18,720 nt of DNA from Candidatus Bipolaricaulia bacterium (GTDB taxonomy: Bacteria; Bipolaricaulota; Bipolaricaulia; RBG-16-55-9): NCBI GenBank assembly GCA_042219045.1, contig JBDGQO010000038.1, forward strand, positions 1 to 18,720, written 5' to 3'. The position numbers were made by a program, and so were the translations under genes. A model generated the notes under the pieces. It saw only the letters and a list, made by a program, of their open reading frames with translations. It searched no databases and was not told where the DNA came from. Positions within the stretch are counted from its first letter, which is position 1, and every line of letters begins with the position of its first letter. Shown piece by piece: positions 18,271-18,720 of this stretch.

Positions 18271-18720
18271 TCATGCTTGCCCGGATCGTTCGTCGTCGGA
18301 GTCGGGCCGCAACGCATGCCAGATGAAGGCGGCAAGCTCGTCGGCGGCCGTCCCGCGCATCCGTTCGGCCTGCTCGTCGTCGAAAAAGCAGATTCGGGCC
18401 ATGACGGATCGTTGGGCTCCGACGATGGCGTTGGCGGCCACGTGCGGATCCATGTCGCGGATCTCGCCGCGGTCCATGGCACTCCGGAGGATGCCGGCCA
18501 CGTGCTCGGGGACCTCCTTGAACATCTGCCGCGTGCAGTCCTCGGCGTCGTTGCCGAGGTGGAGGTCCTCGCTGATGAACAGCCGCATCGTCTCCCGGTT
18601 GGCCAGCGCGCGTTCGATCTGATAATCGACAATTTCGTGGATCTTGTCGCGCATGGGCTCATCCGTGGCCAAAATCTCTTCGATTTTCGCCATGCGCTCA
18701 TGCTGTTCGGTCTCAAAGAT
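18271..18720 (-). CDS. TetR/AcrR-family transcriptional regulator, C-terminal part (5' end outside window)
   Basis: Frame stays open to the window edge (IFETEQHERMAKIEEIL...). Helical ligand-domain pattern AMDRGEIRDMDP..AA.AI.G, upstream of an RND operon. The HTH itself is not visible. Confidence 0.75.
   Translation of the reverse strand: MFETEQHERMAKIEEILATDEPMRDKIHEIVDYQIERALANRETMRLFISEDLHLGNDAEDCTRQMFKEVPEHVAGILRSAMDRGEIRDMDPHVAANAIVGAQRSVMARICFFDDEQAERMRGTAADELAAFIWHALRPDSDDERSGQA

Overview
This GC-rich (about 65-70%) bacterial window holds 16 complete and 2 partial coding regions, with no rRNA, tRNA, CRISPR array or transposase/integrase. On the left, a lower-GC HIT-family gene (301-630) is bracketed by a 94-bp imperfect inverted repeat (72-165 / 665-758, 84/94 identical by manual alignment) whose arms can each fold into a long stem-loop. 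Next is a two-gene unit: a type II NADH:quinone oxidoreductase fused to an N-terminal 4-TM module, coupled to a membrane protein built from three more copies of that module, with a His pair exactly 70 aa apart in three of the four copies. The middle has a Zn alcohol dehydrogenase, a CinA N-terminal-domain protein, a secreted YfaP/DUF2135-like protein, an eIF-2B-family protein, threonine aldolase and a Rid protein. On the right, a minus-strand run reads TetR (partial), hypothetical exported protein, MMPL/RND transporter, LolA-like sorting protein, beta-helix protein, ABC-2 ATPase and permease, secreted esterase and an apparently orphan XRE antitoxin. The best novelty candidates are the IR-flanked HIT cassette and the NDH-2/His-repeat membrane module. 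All family calls come from motif recognition, not database searches.
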